A stretch of 64,000 nucleotides of DNA from an uncultured Thermoplasmatales archaeon (GCA_964514975.1 CAZESS010000001.1:35736-99735); one strand, 5' to 3'. Shown: positions 18,903 through 29,067, numbered from the stretch's first letter. Notes: a model not told the origin generated them from the sequence alone. Numbers and translations: made by a program.

Positions 18903-21623
18903 ATGAGGCACATGAGAACCATACATGTATTTTTCGTCGTTGCGGTGCTGACGATGGCCCCGATTTTATCACTGACATTTCACGTGCTGCCTGCTGCGGC
19001 CGTCAACCCGGCGACGGGCCAACAGGTCACCGCCTACGGTGCATTTGCTATCAACTGGCAGTCAATGAAAAACAACCTTGCATCCAAGGGATTTACCGGT
19101 CCGTCATTTTCGAACAGCACGAACACACTACAGTTCATATTCAACACGTCTGGCGGCCCGGTTACCGGGCAGGGTACCGTGGCATGGACCGGCACAGGCA
19201 CTGGCACCAACTATACCTGGGATGGGCACTCACAGCGAACCTATACTTTTTCAGGCACGTATCACTCCCAATCAGGTTATTTTGGCGGGACTGGCACATG
19301 GGGCGTACAGGATAGCATCACGGTTCACTTTGCCGGTGGGGATGAAACATATCCTGGCTCTACATCCCAGAGTTTCACTTGGGATGCCGTCGCCGATGCC
19401 ACCGGACACATGCAGGGCAACATCACCATGCAGGGCGTCCAGGCCATGAAGTTCTCCGCCCAGTTCACCCCGCAGCCGCTTGCCGTGCAAAGCGACGTGG
19501 CTGGTGTCGTCGCCGACGGCTCGTCCAGCGCCGCCATAACGGTCACGCTCCCTGCCGCCGGGGATGCAACGGTCACGCTGACCGACGGGGCAGCCGCGAT
19601 GTCCACATCGGCGTCAGGCGGCCTGGCCACGTTTACCTACGTGCCCGATCCGGAGCAGCTCGGTATCCCCCTGGTGGACATCCCCGCCGCCGGCACTGAG
19701 ATAACGCTCACCGCTGCAACGTCCGATGGTGCCACTGGCAACGCAACGTTGCGCATCTTCCGGCCGCCGGTGCTGCTCGTCCACGGCCTCTGGTCGGGCA
19801 GCCACATGTGGGACAAGATGGTGCAGCGGCTGGCCGCCGACGGCTTCACCGTCTACACCGTCGACTATCCCAACGTGGACTCGCCCGCCCGCATCGCCAT
19901 CATGGAGTTCGCCGGCAAGATACAGACCATCCGGCAGGAATACCTCGCGCAGGGCATCAACGCCTCATCGGTGGATGTCATCGGGCACAGCATGGGCGGC
20001 GTCGTCGCCCGGCATTACATCAACCAATATCAGGGCGGTCCCGACGTTGACATTAACACCCTCATCACGGTGGGCACACCGCACAGGGGAAGCCCCTGGC
20101 CGCAGATATACTATGGCTGGGTGAACGCCCGCTCGAACCTCGAGATGGGGCTGCTCCTCGCCCAGCATTATCTGCCCGAGGGCTCGATGGGCAAGATGGG
20201 TCCCGCGCTGGTCGACCTGATGCCCGACAGCGGCTTCCTCCGGCAGCTCAACAGCCAGCCGCTCAACCCGCACGTGGACTACTATGCCATCTGCGGGACC
20301 TACAACCTCCTCTCAAACATCTGCCTCCTCGACATCTACGACAACCTTGACGACTATGAACGAGCCGTCGTCGGGCAGACCCGTTTCAGGCAGCTCGTGC
20401 AGAGCATCGCGGGGGGCAGCGCGCAGACCATCCGGGGAGACGGCGTCGTCGAGCTGAGCAGCCAGCGTTTCGCTGAGCGGATATCGGAGGGCTACTATGT
20501 CAACGCCTGGCACTGCGGCGAGGGCGGCAACCGCGGCGTCTACGAGATATCCTCCCATCTTCTCACCGGCCGCAGACAAGAGATATCGCAGGCATACCGG
20601 CAGCCGTCGCTGCCCTCGATAAAGGTATCGTATTTCTATGCCACGTCGGATATGTTTGAGCTCATCCGGCTGGGCTACATCCAGGGTATTACCGACGACA
20701 CACTAACCGTGGGCGACACCGTCGAGCCGGGCGACAGCATCGACATCATGTATGACAGTTACAGCACCTGCAAGGATGACTACGCCTGGGTGAAGCTCCA
20801 GGTGACAGACCAGGGCGCCACGGCGGGCACCGTGTTCGTACGCCTCTGCTTTCCACGGGACGACTATGTCCGGCTGAAACCATTCGTCCGCATAGACATC
20901 CTCAGCCCGCAGAGCTTCCATGTCCACAATCCCTACGAGGGCGACGTCCAGGCTCGCATTGTCTACGGCGGGGCGATGTCGGTGGTCACCGACACCGGCC
21001 TGTTCACCAGCCCCGACCCCGACCTTGTGCTCTCCCTTGACGATGCAAACAACACACAGGTAGCTCTCCTGGAAGGCGAGGTGACCGCGTACGACGCATA
21101 CAACGGCAGCGCCGCGGTGCAGCCCGGGCAGATGGTTGAACTCCCGGGGGACGCACCGATGCAGCCCCCCGTAAGCCTGACGAGCTCGGACATGACGCGA
21201 TGGTGGGCAGCCGACCTGCAGGAGCACGTCCTGTGCACCTGGGTTGACGCGGCAGGGCAGCCTGACCAGGAGACGTCGTCCTTCACCATCGCCGACGCGG
21301 CGCATTCATTGCTTCGCCTGGAAAACGTGTCACATGGCGACGTCGTCACCTGGCAGTTCACCGGACCCGGGAATCTGTCCCATGAATCATCATATACGGC
21401 AGACTGGAGCGGCGAGGGATGGTGCTCGTCATGGGTCAACCTTTCCGATTATGGCAGCGAAGCCCGCGGCGACTGGACCCTCGATGTCATGATGAACCAG
21501 GAGCCGTTGGTCACCGCCGGATTCACCGTTGCCGATAAGTCGTCCACGCCGGCCTTCGAGCTGCTCCTCGGCCTGGTGGCCCTTATGATGCTGGCATTCA
21601 TCCGGAAAAAACGTGGCGTCTAG
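18903..21623 (+). CDS. Secreted multidomain alpha/beta-hydrolase (lipase/PGAP1-like) with PGF-CTERM-like anchor
   Basis: Signal peptide, PVLLVHGLW, GHSMGG nucleophile elbow, GTPHRGS, GDGVV. C-terminal TPAFE + TM helix + RKKR. Confidence 0.85.
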   Translation: MRHMRTIHVFFVVAVLTMAPILSLTFHVLPAAAVNPATGQQVTAYGAFAINWQSMKNNLASKGFTGPSFSNSTNTLQFIFNTSGGPVTGQGTVAWTGTGTGTNYTWDGHSQRTYTFSGTYHSQSGYFGGTGTWGVQDSITVHFAGGDETYPGSTSQSFTWDAVADATGHMQGNITMQGVQAMKFSAQFTPQPLAVQSDVAGVVADGSSSAAITVTLPAAGDATVTLTDGAAAMSTSASGGLATFTYVPDPEQLGIPLVDIPAAGTEITLTAATSDGATGNATLRIFRPPVLLVHGLWSGSHMWDKMVQRLAADGFTVYTVDYPNVDSPARIAIMEFAGKIQTIRQEYLAQGINASSVDVIGHSMGGVVARHYINQYQGGPDVDINTLITVGTPHRGSPWPQIYYGWVNARSNLEMGLLLAQHYLPEGSMGKMGPALVDLMPDSGFLRQLNSQPLNPHVDYYAICGTYNLLSNICLLDIYDNLDDYERAVVGQTRFRQLVQSIAGGSAQTIRGDGVVELSSQRFAERISEGYYVNAWHCGEGGNRGVYEISSHLLTGRRQEISQAYRQPSLPSIKVSYFYATSDMFELIRLGYIQGITDDTLTVGDTVEPGDSIDIMYDSYSTCKDDYAWVKLQVTDQGATAGTVFVRLCFPRDDYVRLKPFVRIDILSPQSFHVHNPYEGDVQARIVYGGAMSVVTDTGLFTSPDPDLVLSLDDANNTQVALLEGEVTAYDAYNGSAAVQPGQMVELPGDAPMQPPVSLTSSDMTRWWAADLQEHVLCTWVDAAGQPDQETSSFTIADAAHSLLRLENVSHGDVVTWQFTGPGNLSHESSYTADWSGEGWCSSWVNLSDYGSEARGDWTLDVMMNQEPLVTAGFTVADKSSTPAFELLLGLVALMMLAFIRKKRGV

Positions 21624-22087
21624 CCGTCATCGCTCAGTGCTTGAAGTGCTTGCTCCAGCTCCCGCCGGCCATCCCGTATGAACGGCGCGCCGTGGTGCAC
21701 ATTGAGCCGCCCCGTTTGCAGATTCGCCGTCCAGGAGACGGTGGCATGGGAGCGCGCAATGTCTCGCTTGTTCTTCGGCATCTCTTCGGGGGCAGTATCG
21801 CTGAACATGAACACGACGATGGCTCCCGCCGGGAACAGCGGCGGTGTTGCTGCCTCACTTGTCAGAGAGTGCGCCTGCTCTAATGTCTCCTGCATCTCTA
21901 TCCGGGATAGTGCATCACCGTCGACGAAAAAGAGGGCCACTCGAGTGTGCACGACCAACATGGATTTTTCTCGGGCCAGTATCATGTCGAATCGTGCCGG
22001 CGCCTCGTCGATGGTGCGCCATCCCTGCTTGGTGAGCCGCCGTGCTGCCTCACGGAGAAATCGGATGACGATGGCTGTCGACGCCAT
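21620..22087 (-). CDS. Hypothetical protein
   Basis: 155-aa ORF filling the gap downstream of aRF1, with ATG start and stop overlapping the convergent gene. Confidence 0.55.
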   Translation of the reverse strand: MASTAIVIRFLREAARRLTKQGWRTIDEAPARFDMILAREKSMLVVHTRVALFFVDGDALSRIEMQETLEQAHSLTSEAATPPLFPAGAIVVFMFSDTAPEEMPKNKRDIARSHATVSWTANLQTGRLNVHHGAPFIRDGRRELEQALQALSDDG

Positions 22088-22120
22088 GACGTGTATCCGT
22101 TGCTGCTTAAAAACCGTTTT

Positions 22121-23341
22121 CTATCGTATCTGGAAGCGGAGGATGCCTGCCACGCCGCCGAACGCGTCCAGCAGGATGCTGCCCTCCTCCGTTTCGTTGG
22201 AGATGATGGTGACCTCGGATGAGACCTCCTCGGCCATGTCGGCATATTCCTCGAGCATGTCCTTTTTTTCCTGGATGGTGACGGAGCCATCGCATTCCGG
22301 GCAGGAGAGCTCCTTGGGGTTTTTGACGATGTCCTCGCCGCTATAGCCGCATTCGTCGCAGGAAAACGTGACCTTGTACTTGCGGAGCTCGTCGGAGAGA
22401 ATGAGCTCGTCGACGGCGCCAATGGTCAGCGCTCGTTTGACTTCGTCTTCGCCGTAGACGGCCAGCCCTGAGCCGGTTTTGAGTTCGCGCATGAACCGGT
22501 TCATGACTTTTTTTTCTCGGATGATGTCCATTTCTTCGAGGTCGTCGATGGCCGTGTCGACGAGCTCTCCGAGCCCGAATTCGTCGGTGTAGCCCGTGTC
22601 GTAGATGCCGATGAGGCTGTCTTTGACCCGGTAGTCGAGGTAGTCCTTGTTGGCGAATGTCCGCTTGGTGGGGCCGGGGCCGCCGAGCAGGATGCCTCTG
22701 AGGTTCTCTTTGTTCAGGAACAGCTGCGAGGCTTTTTCCCCGGCTTTTTTGAACCATTCGTTGGCCGCGATTTCGATGAGCCGTTCGAATCGGCCGGCTG
22801 ACTGGCCGCCGCGGCTGTGTTTGCCGGGCACCCGGGAGGTCATGTAGGCGGCCATCTCGATGTTGTTGCCGTGGAGGAAGCCGATGGTGCATTCCCGCCG
22901 GTCGATGAGCAGCAAACCGTAGACGTCTTTTTCTTCCAGCATCTCCTTGAGCGGCTCGATGTAGAACGAGGAGTCGCAGCGGTACAGGTACATGGAGATG
23001 GGTATCGGCGGCTCGATTATCTCGGAGACCATCTCTGTCTTGTTGCCGTCCGTCTTGCCTTCGCCGACGAAGAAGACGACCCCGTTTTCCGGGGGCTGGT
23101 TGAAGTATTTGAGTCGGGACATGATGGACTCGATGGCGGAGAGCACGTTTTTCCGGGTCTGCTTGGACTTGATGTTGGAGGACTGCGAGTATTCGTCGCG
23201 CAGCTGCGCCGTGACGTCGGATATCTGCTTGTCCGGCGGTATGTAGAGCGAGATGAGCTCGGTGTGCTGCCCTGATACCTGCTCGAGCTCTTCGAGCTGC
23301 CGTTTGAATCGATATTTTTCCGCCGGTGAGAGGCGCTGCAT
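22121..23341 (-). CDS. prf1: Peptide chain release factor aRF1
   Basis: TELISLYIPP, NIKS, YRCDS, GGQSA.RF and a C-terminal zinc-ribbon insert. Alternative start at 23404. Confidence 0.96.
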   Translation of the reverse strand: MQRLSPAEKYRFKRQLEELEQVSGQHTELISLYIPPDKQISDVTAQLRDEYSQSSNIKSKQTRKNVLSAIESIMSRLKYFNQPPENGVVFFVGEGKTDGNKTEMVSEIIEPPIPISMYLYRCDSSFYIEPLKEMLEEKDVYGLLLIDRRECTIGFLHGNNIEMAAYMTSRVPGKHSRGGQSAGRFERLIEIAANEWFKKAGEKASQLFLNKENLRGILLGGPGPTKRTFANKDYLDYRVKDSLIGIYDTGYTDEFGLGELVDTAIDDLEEMDIIREKKVMNRFMRELKTGSGLAVYGEDEVKRALTIGAVDELILSDELRKYKVTFSCDECGYSGEDIVKNPKELSCPECDGSVTIQEKKDMLEEYADMAEEVSSEVTIISNETEEGSILLDAFGGVAGILRFQIR

Positions 23342-23493
23342 GCCCGGCAAATCCCGCCCTCTTTTTAAACTTTGGGCATCGCCCTCTGGCAGAAGGCCGG
23401 CCATGTCGACGCCCGGTCCTTGTTCAATTTGGTTTAAACCAACTTAAACTCCGGTTTAAAATAAATGTTTTAATATGCCATCGATACAGCAGT

Positions 23494-24861
23494 GTGGACG
23501 GAACACCTGCTTTTACCCAGTACATACAGTCGTTCAATCAATGCCTGCAAAAATACATCGTGCCGGAGCCCTGGACACCCGCCGAGGAGGCGCTCATCCG
23601 GCCGGACAACCTGTTCGACGTTCCATCCGGGGAGGCTGACACCATGCGCATCAGAGCGATCCGGCATGCCTTCCAGCACCACTATGACAACAACCCATTC
23701 TACCGGAACTTTTGCCGGGACAGCGGGATGGCCCCTGAGATGCTCACGGACATGGACGACCTCGCCCGGATACCGCTCATCCCGGACACGTTTTTCAAGG
23801 AATACCCGGAGGGCGCGGACTTCGCCCGCTGGATAACCAGCCTGTACACCGGCCAGCTGCCCCCGGTGACCATCACCAGGCGGGAGCCCTCCTATGACGA
23901 CGTCATCAGCGCTCTCAACGAGGCTGGTATGCACATTGCCTACAGCAGCGGCACCAGCGGCCGACATACCTTCATCCCCCGCGACCAGCGGACCTTCTAT
24001 GCCTCCGAGTATGCCATCGCCAAGTCGGTCATCAGCATGATATATCCCTTCTGGCAGCACGACATGGACGGCTACCTGATGATGCCCAGCCCGCTCAAAA
24101 CAAACGTCTACGCGGGCAAGGTCTGCACCATGTATTTCGACGCCATCGAAAACGTCGAGGTTGCCATCGACCGCGACCTCCCGGCCGACCTCATCCAGCA
24201 GGTCATGCAGGACGGCGTCAAGAGCAGGCTCATCAGGTTCGCCATCCGGCGGGAGAACAAAAAGATGGTGGACCGCATCATCAGATGGCTCCGCCAGCGG
24301 GAGCAGAGCGACCGCAAGATCACAATGGCCGGCCTGCCGTTCATCCTGCACTTCGTCATGGAACGCCTCGAGCAAACCGGCGAGACATTCGACTTCGGGG
24401 AGCGAGGCGCCATCGCCACCGGCGGCGGCTGGAAGATATACGAAAACAGCCGGATGCCCGTGGAGGACTTCCGCAGGCGCGTCGAGGAGCTCCTGGGCAT
24501 TCCATCCCACCGCTGTCTCGACGTGTACGGCATGGTCGAGGGCAACGGCTGGATGGTCCACTGCCCCGAAGGACACTACTTCCATGTTCCCCATTCCTAT
24601 TTCCATCCGTTGATTCTCGACGAGACATATGAACCCGTCGGCCCTGGCGAATGGGGCCGGTTTGCATTCCTCGACCCGCTGGCGACGAGCTACCCGGGAT
24701 TCATCATGACCGGCGACCGCGTCCGCCTCCTCGAGCACTGCCCCGTCTGCGAGCGCCCCGGACCCGTCCTGGAACCCGAGATACAGCGCATCGAGGGGGC
24801 AGAGATGCGGGGATGCGCCGAGGAAATGCGCCGGGTGCTCGCCGTCGACCTTGGAGGATAA
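23494..24861 (+). CDS. LuxE-family acyl-protein synthetase
   Basis: HHY..N.FYR.FC, IPLIP..FFK, YSSGTSGR, TGGGWK, DVYGMVE, YPGF..TGD, C-terminal RGC acylation cysteine. GTG start is inferred. Confidence 0.85.
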   Translation: MDGTPAFTQYIQSFNQCLQKYIVPEPWTPAEEALIRPDNLFDVPSGEADTMRIRAIRHAFQHHYDNNPFYRNFCRDSGMAPEMLTDMDDLARIPLIPDTFFKEYPEGADFARWITSLYTGQLPPVTITRREPSYDDVISALNEAGMHIAYSSGTSGRHTFIPRDQRTFYASEYAIAKSVISMIYPFWQHDMDGYLMMPSPLKTNVYAGKVCTMYFDAIENVEVAIDRDLPADLIQQVMQDGVKSRLIRFAIRRENKKMVDRIIRWLRQREQSDRKITMAGLPFILHFVMERLEQTGETFDFGERGAIATGGGWKIYENSRMPVEDFRRRVEELLGIPSHRCLDVYGMVEGNGWMVHCPEGHYFHVPHSYFHPLILDETYEPVGPGEWGRFAFLDPLATSYPGFIMTGDRVRLLEHCPVCERPGPVLEPEIQRIEGAEMRGCAEEMRRVLAVDLGG

Positions 24862-24863
24862 CC

Positions 24864-25844
24864 ATGACAGGATTACATGAAATGAAGGAACGAGGGTACA
24901 TCCCGCAGCGAACCTACCTCAAGCTCATGCTCGGCGGCGCCCTTTCGCTCACCAAGACATTGCTCACCAACCTGCGGGCGCTCAAAAAAGTCCGCAACAT
25001 GGGGCCGGGGGAGCTCCGCTACGAGCGGCCACCGCGCTCCTATGACATCCCGGGCTACCGGGAGACCATGGAGCACTGTATATCCGACGAGAAATATCTC
25101 CGCCCGACCCTGTACTGCAATCCATGCCACTCGGACATCGTTGCCATGGCGCACGAGCTCGGTGCTTTCCGGCTGTCCGACAGCGAATATGCGGAGGCGG
25201 CCTTCGAGTTCGTGAAACGCAACGTCACCCTCGAGATACTGCCGATGGACGGCGTGGAGGCGACGCTGTGGCGGGGGACGGGCACCTGCTTCCATCAGAT
25301 ATCGCTGTTCATCGCGCTCTGCCGCGCCGCCGGCATCAAAACCCGCTACAAGATGTTCGCCATGAACATGATAAAGGCCTGGTATGATGCCACCATCGAC
25401 GTGGATCCGCTCATCAAAAAATGGTATGACTCGATGGGCTATTTCATGATAGAAGGCGAGGGCGAGGCATACATCGACGGCGAATGGACGGTCGCCCATG
25501 TCGGGCCGACGCCCGAGCGTCAGGCAGCCGCCGGTATCCCGATAACGAGGTTCGGCGAGGACTCCCTGGGCAAATGGTTCTTCGCGCTCCCCGGCACCAT
25601 CATGCGGATGGAGTCCATCCCCTACGGCCTGGGCGGCGTCACTGGACTGCTCAAAAAAATCGCTCCGGGCTCGATGGAGCGCGTCAACGCCAGCATCCAG
25701 CGGCAGATACGGCATGGTCGCGACATCCTGGAGGAGGCAGGCGGCGAACGGGCCTATGACCTCCGGGCAAGGAAAAAAAAGGCACCTAAAATGCCCAGGA
25801 TAGAGCTGGAAGAGGAAACACCGATAACGTTCACCGCCGGCTAG
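24864..25844 (+). CDS. Transglutaminase-like superfamily protein
   Basis: YLRPT.YC, AFEFVK, TL..G.G.C....LFIALCRAAGI..RY core, EAYIDGEW. GGAGG RBS; 2-nt gap to the LuxE-like gene. Confidence 0.85.
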   Translation: MTGLHEMKERGYIPQRTYLKLMLGGALSLTKTLLTNLRALKKVRNMGPGELRYERPPRSYDIPGYRETMEHCISDEKYLRPTLYCNPCHSDIVAMAHELGAFRLSDSEYAEAAFEFVKRNVTLEILPMDGVEATLWRGTGTCFHQISLFIALCRAAGIKTRYKMFAMNMIKAWYDATIDVDPLIKKWYDSMGYFMIEGEGEAYIDGEWTVAHVGPTPERQAAAGIPITRFGEDSLGKWFFALPGTIMRMESIPYGLGGVTGLLKKIAPGSMERVNASIQRQIRHGRDILEEAGGERAYDLRARKKKAPKMPRIELEEETPITFTAG

Positions 25845-25848
25845 CGGG

Positions 25849-26757
25849 CTACCAGCCGCGCTCCTGCAGCCGCTCCCCCTCGGGGATCTGGTCGATGTTG
25901 GTGCCCGCCATCGCCTTGCCGAGCCCACGGGAGATCTCCGCGATGACCTCGGGCTCGTCGAAATGCGTCACCGCCTCGACGATGGCCTTCCCCATTTTCA
26001 TGGGATTCGCGGACTTGAACACGCCGGAGCCGACGAACACGCCGTCGTTGCCAAGCTGCATCATCAACGCCGCGTCAGATGGCGTCGCGATGCCCCCGGC
26101 GGCGAAGTCGACGACGGGCAGCCGCTGCCGCTCCGCGACCTCTCGCACAAGATCAAATGGTGCCTCTATCTTCCGGGCGACGTCCATGAGCTCGCTGTCC
26201 TCTTTTTCCCTGAGCTCCCTGATCTGCCGCAAAATGAGCCGGCGGTGGCGGACCGCCTCTATAATGTTGCCCGTCCCTGCTTCGCCCTTCGTCCGGATCA
26301 TCGCCGCGCCCTCATGGATGCGCCGCAACGCCTCGCCCAGGTTGCGGGCGCCGCAGACAAACGGGGTATCAAAATCATGTTTCCAGACATGCTGGAACGG
26401 GTCAGCCGGGGTGAGCACCTCGCTCTCATCGATCATGTCGACACCCAGGCTCTCCAGCACCCTGGCCTCCGCGATGTGACCGATGCGGCATTTCGCCATC
26501 ACCGGAATCGAAACAGCTTCCATGATCTCCTGCACGATCTTGGGGTCAGCCATCCGGGCGACGCCTCCCGCTGTGCGAATGTCGGCGGGCACCCGCTCGA
26601 GCGCCATCACCGCGACAGCACCGGCATCCTCGGCCGTGATAGCCTCCTTCGGCGTGGTGACATCCATGACGACGCCGCCCTTCTGCATCTTCGCGAAGCC
26701 GCGCTTGATGAGCTCGGTGCCATAGGAAAGTCCTTCAAGGTCAAGGTCAAGGGACAT
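25849..26757 (-). CDS. pdxS: Pyridoxal 5'-phosphate synthase lyase subunit
   Basis: [56 protein letters not shown] end. Confidence 0.97.
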   Translation of the reverse strand: MSLDLDLEGLSYGTELIKRGFAKMQKGGVVMDVTTPKEAITAEDAGAVAVMALERVPADIRTAGGVARMADPKIVQEIMEAVSIPVMAKCRIGHIAEARVLESLGVDMIDESEVLTPADPFQHVWKHDFDTPFVCGARNLGEALRRIHEGAAMIRTKGEAGTGNIIEAVRHRRLILRQIRELREKEDSELMDVARKIEAPFDLVREVAERQRLPVVDFAAGGIATPSDAALMMQLGNDGVFVGSGVFKSANPMKMGKAIVEAVTHFDEPEVIAEISRGLGKAMAGTNIDQIPEGERLQERGW

Positions 26758-26868
26758 GGGTGGCATATTGCCCCGGCATTTTATAAATTTTGCGTAGACG
26801 GGCTGACGCTGCCCCTGCCACCTGAATATATAAATAATGGCATCTCCTACTCTTTACACATCGATACC

Positions 26869-27588
26869 ATGAGTGATATGCTACAAAAAATCAGTTTCGT
26901 CATCCCCACCCTCAACGAGGAGGCGGGCATCGGCCCGACCATCGACAGCATCGACCGCACGGCGTATGAGCAGCGGGGCCTGGACATCGAAGTCCTGGTC
27001 GTCGACGGCGCCTCGACTGACAGGACGAGGGAGATCGCCGAAGAAAAAGGCGCCCGCGTCATCCTGGAAAAACGCAAAGGCTATGGCCGCGCCTACAAGA
27101 CCGGCATGCCCGAAGCCACTGGCGACATCATCATCACCGGGGACGCCGACGGCACCTACCCGTTCCATCTCACCCATGAATACGTCGACATCCTCCTCGA
27201 CGACAACCTCGACTTCATCACCACCAACCGCTTCGCCGACCTGGGCATGGAGTCAATGAGCGCCAAACATTTCCTGGGCAACTTCATGCTCTCCACCACG
27301 CTCCGCTTGCTCTACTGGGTCGGCGTCCGGGACTCACAGAGCGGCATGTGGATATTCCGCAAAAAAGCGCTCGACCGGCTGCCCAAGCCCCTGCAGGTGT
27401 TCAACGACGGGATGCCCTTCAGCGAGGAAATCAAGATAGAGATGTTCCGCTGCCCCGAGGTCAGGGCACGGGAGATCCCATCTGAGCTATATGCCCGGAA
27501 GGGCGAAGCCAAGATAGAATCGTTCAGCGACGGCTGGAAAAACTTCAAGTTCCTCTTTGTCAACAGGTGCCGCACATGGACCCGTTGA
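26869..27588 (+). CDS. Glycosyltransferase family 2 (DPM1-like)
   Basis: VIPTLNEE, VVDGASTDRT, KGYG.A, DADGTY DxD motif, DSQSG, R.GE.K. Confidence 0.92.
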   Translation: MSDMLQKISFVIPTLNEEAGIGPTIDSIDRTAYEQRGLDIEVLVVDGASTDRTREIAEEKGARVILEKRKGYGRAYKTGMPEATGDIIITGDADGTYPFHLTHEYVDILLDDNLDFITTNRFADLGMESMSAKHFLGNFMLSTTLRLLYWVGVRDSQSGMWIFRKKALDRLPKPLQVFNDGMPFSEEIKIEMFRCPEVRAREIPSELYARKGEAKIESFSDGWKNFKFLFVNRCRTWTR

Positions 27589-27968
27589 TGCTCGCATGGA
27601 TATTCGTCATCGGCCTCCTCATCGGCTTCCTCGCCGGCGTCGCCATCATCTACCGGCGCGGCGTCAAGCCATGGAAAGAGGAGGCGCAGGAGGCCAGGCA
27701 CCGCAAGCGCTCGCTGTCCACCACCTACGGCAAAATCACCGAACAGTTCGCACCCTTCATGGACCGATATCCCTACAACGCAAAGCATTTCAGGTTCATC
27801 GGCTCTCCCATAGACGGCATACAGTTCACCGACGACGCCATCTACCTCGTCGAAATCAAGAGCGCCGGCAGCCAGCTCACGGCCAGACAGCGCAACATCC
27901 GGCAGCTCGTCGAAGATGGCCACGTGTTCTGGTACACGTTCGAGGTGAACGATGGGCGTCAACCTTAA
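27576..27968 (+). CDS. Membrane-anchored Holliday-junction-resolvase-related endonuclease (PD-(D/E)xK)
   Basis: N-terminal TM, GKITEQFAPF, FRFIGSPIDGI, EIKS, L...Q..I...V..G.V. Confidence 0.85.
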   Translation: MDPLMLAWIFVIGLLIGFLAGVAIIYRRGVKPWKEEAQEARHRKRSLSTTYGKITEQFAPFMDRYPYNAKHFRFIGSPIDGIQFTDDAIYLVEIKSAGSQLTARQRNIRQLVEDGHVFWYTFEVNDGRQP

Positions 27969-28962
27969 ACCGCTCACCGAGCCACACGAGCGCACCTGGA
28001 ACGACCTCCGGCACAGCAGCGTCGCCATCGACGCATACAACGCGCTCCACCAGTTTCTCTCCATCATCCGGCAGCGTGACGGCACCCCGCTCAAGGATGC
28101 CAAGGGCCGCATTACCTCGCATCTCACCGGATTGTTCTACCGGACTGCCAACCTGATAGAACGGGACATCCGGCCCGTCTATGTCTTCGACGGCGAACCC
28201 CACGAGCTCAAACAGGACACCCTGGACATCCGGCGGGCCCGCAAGGAACAGGCCAAACAGGACTGGCAGGCAGCAAAACAGCGAGGCGACCTCGAAGAAG
28301 CCAAAAAAAAGGCGCAGCAGACCTCGACGCTCACCTGGGACCGGGTCGAGGAAGCACAGCAACTGCTCCAGGCGCTCGGCATCCCCTACATCGAGGCACC
28401 AGGCGAGGGCGAAGCGCAGGCATCATACATGTGCAGCCGGGGCGACGTCGACTATGCAGGGTCGCAGGACTTCGACTGCCTGCTGTTCGGCGCCCCACAA
28501 TTGTTGCGCAATCTCACCATCTCCGGGCGGCGGAAGCTCCCAGGCAAACAAAAATGGGTGCAGATATCCCCGGAAACCATCACGCTTAAAGAGCTGCTCG
28601 AAGCACACGACATCACCCGGGAGCAGCTCGTCGATATCGCCATCCTCATGGGCACCGACTTCAACGACGGCATCAAGGGCATTGGCCCCAAGACCGGGCT
28701 CAAGCTGGTCAAAAAACACGGCGACATCGAATCCATCGACCGGGACATCACCATCGACCACCTCGACGACATCCGCAGCATCTTCCTGCACCCCCGGACC
28801 ACGGACGACTACCACGTCGAATGGCAGCCCGTCGACGAGGACGCAACCAGGGCATATCTCTGTGGGGAGCACCAGTTCAGCCGGCAGCGCGTGGACAGCA
28901 CCCTCGACAAGTTCCAGGGCTTCGCCGAATCGCTCGACCAGAAAAACCTGCTCGACTTTTAA
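27952..28962 (+). CDS. fen: Flap endonuclease 1
   Basis: MGV, DAYNALHQFL.IIRQ.DG, YVFDG, APGEGEAQA, SQDFD.LLFG, GTDFN.GIKGIGPK, C-terminal PIP-like QKNLLDF. Confidence 0.97.
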   Translation: MGVNLKPLTEPHERTWNDLRHSSVAIDAYNALHQFLSIIRQRDGTPLKDAKGRITSHLTGLFYRTANLIERDIRPVYVFDGEPHELKQDTLDIRRARKEQAKQDWQAAKQRGDLEEAKKKAQQTSTLTWDRVEEAQQLLQALGIPYIEAPGEGEAQASYMCSRGDVDYAGSQDFDCLLFGAPQLLRNLTISGRRKLPGKQKWVQISPETITLKELLEAHDITREQLVDIAILMGTDFNDGIKGIGPKTGLKLVKKHGDIESIDRDITIDHLDDIRSIFLHPRTTDDYHVEWQPVDEDATRAYLCGEHQFSRQRVDSTLDKFQGFAESLDQKNLLDF

Positions 28963-29067
28963 AACACAAAAAAAAAACACAAATACCGTTTTTAGAGGAG
29001 TTTTTAATATATATTAATATTCGAAGTATTTATATATACTGTAGCAACTTTGCGAGTGCGTGGAAAC

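Noticed and set aside
23494-24861. Bioluminescence (lux) operon
   Set aside because: Only a LuxE-like gene is present; there is no luxA/B/C/D in the window.
25849-26757. pdxS without adjacent pdxT as a novelty
   Set aside because: pdxT is often encoded elsewhere, and this cannot be judged from one window.
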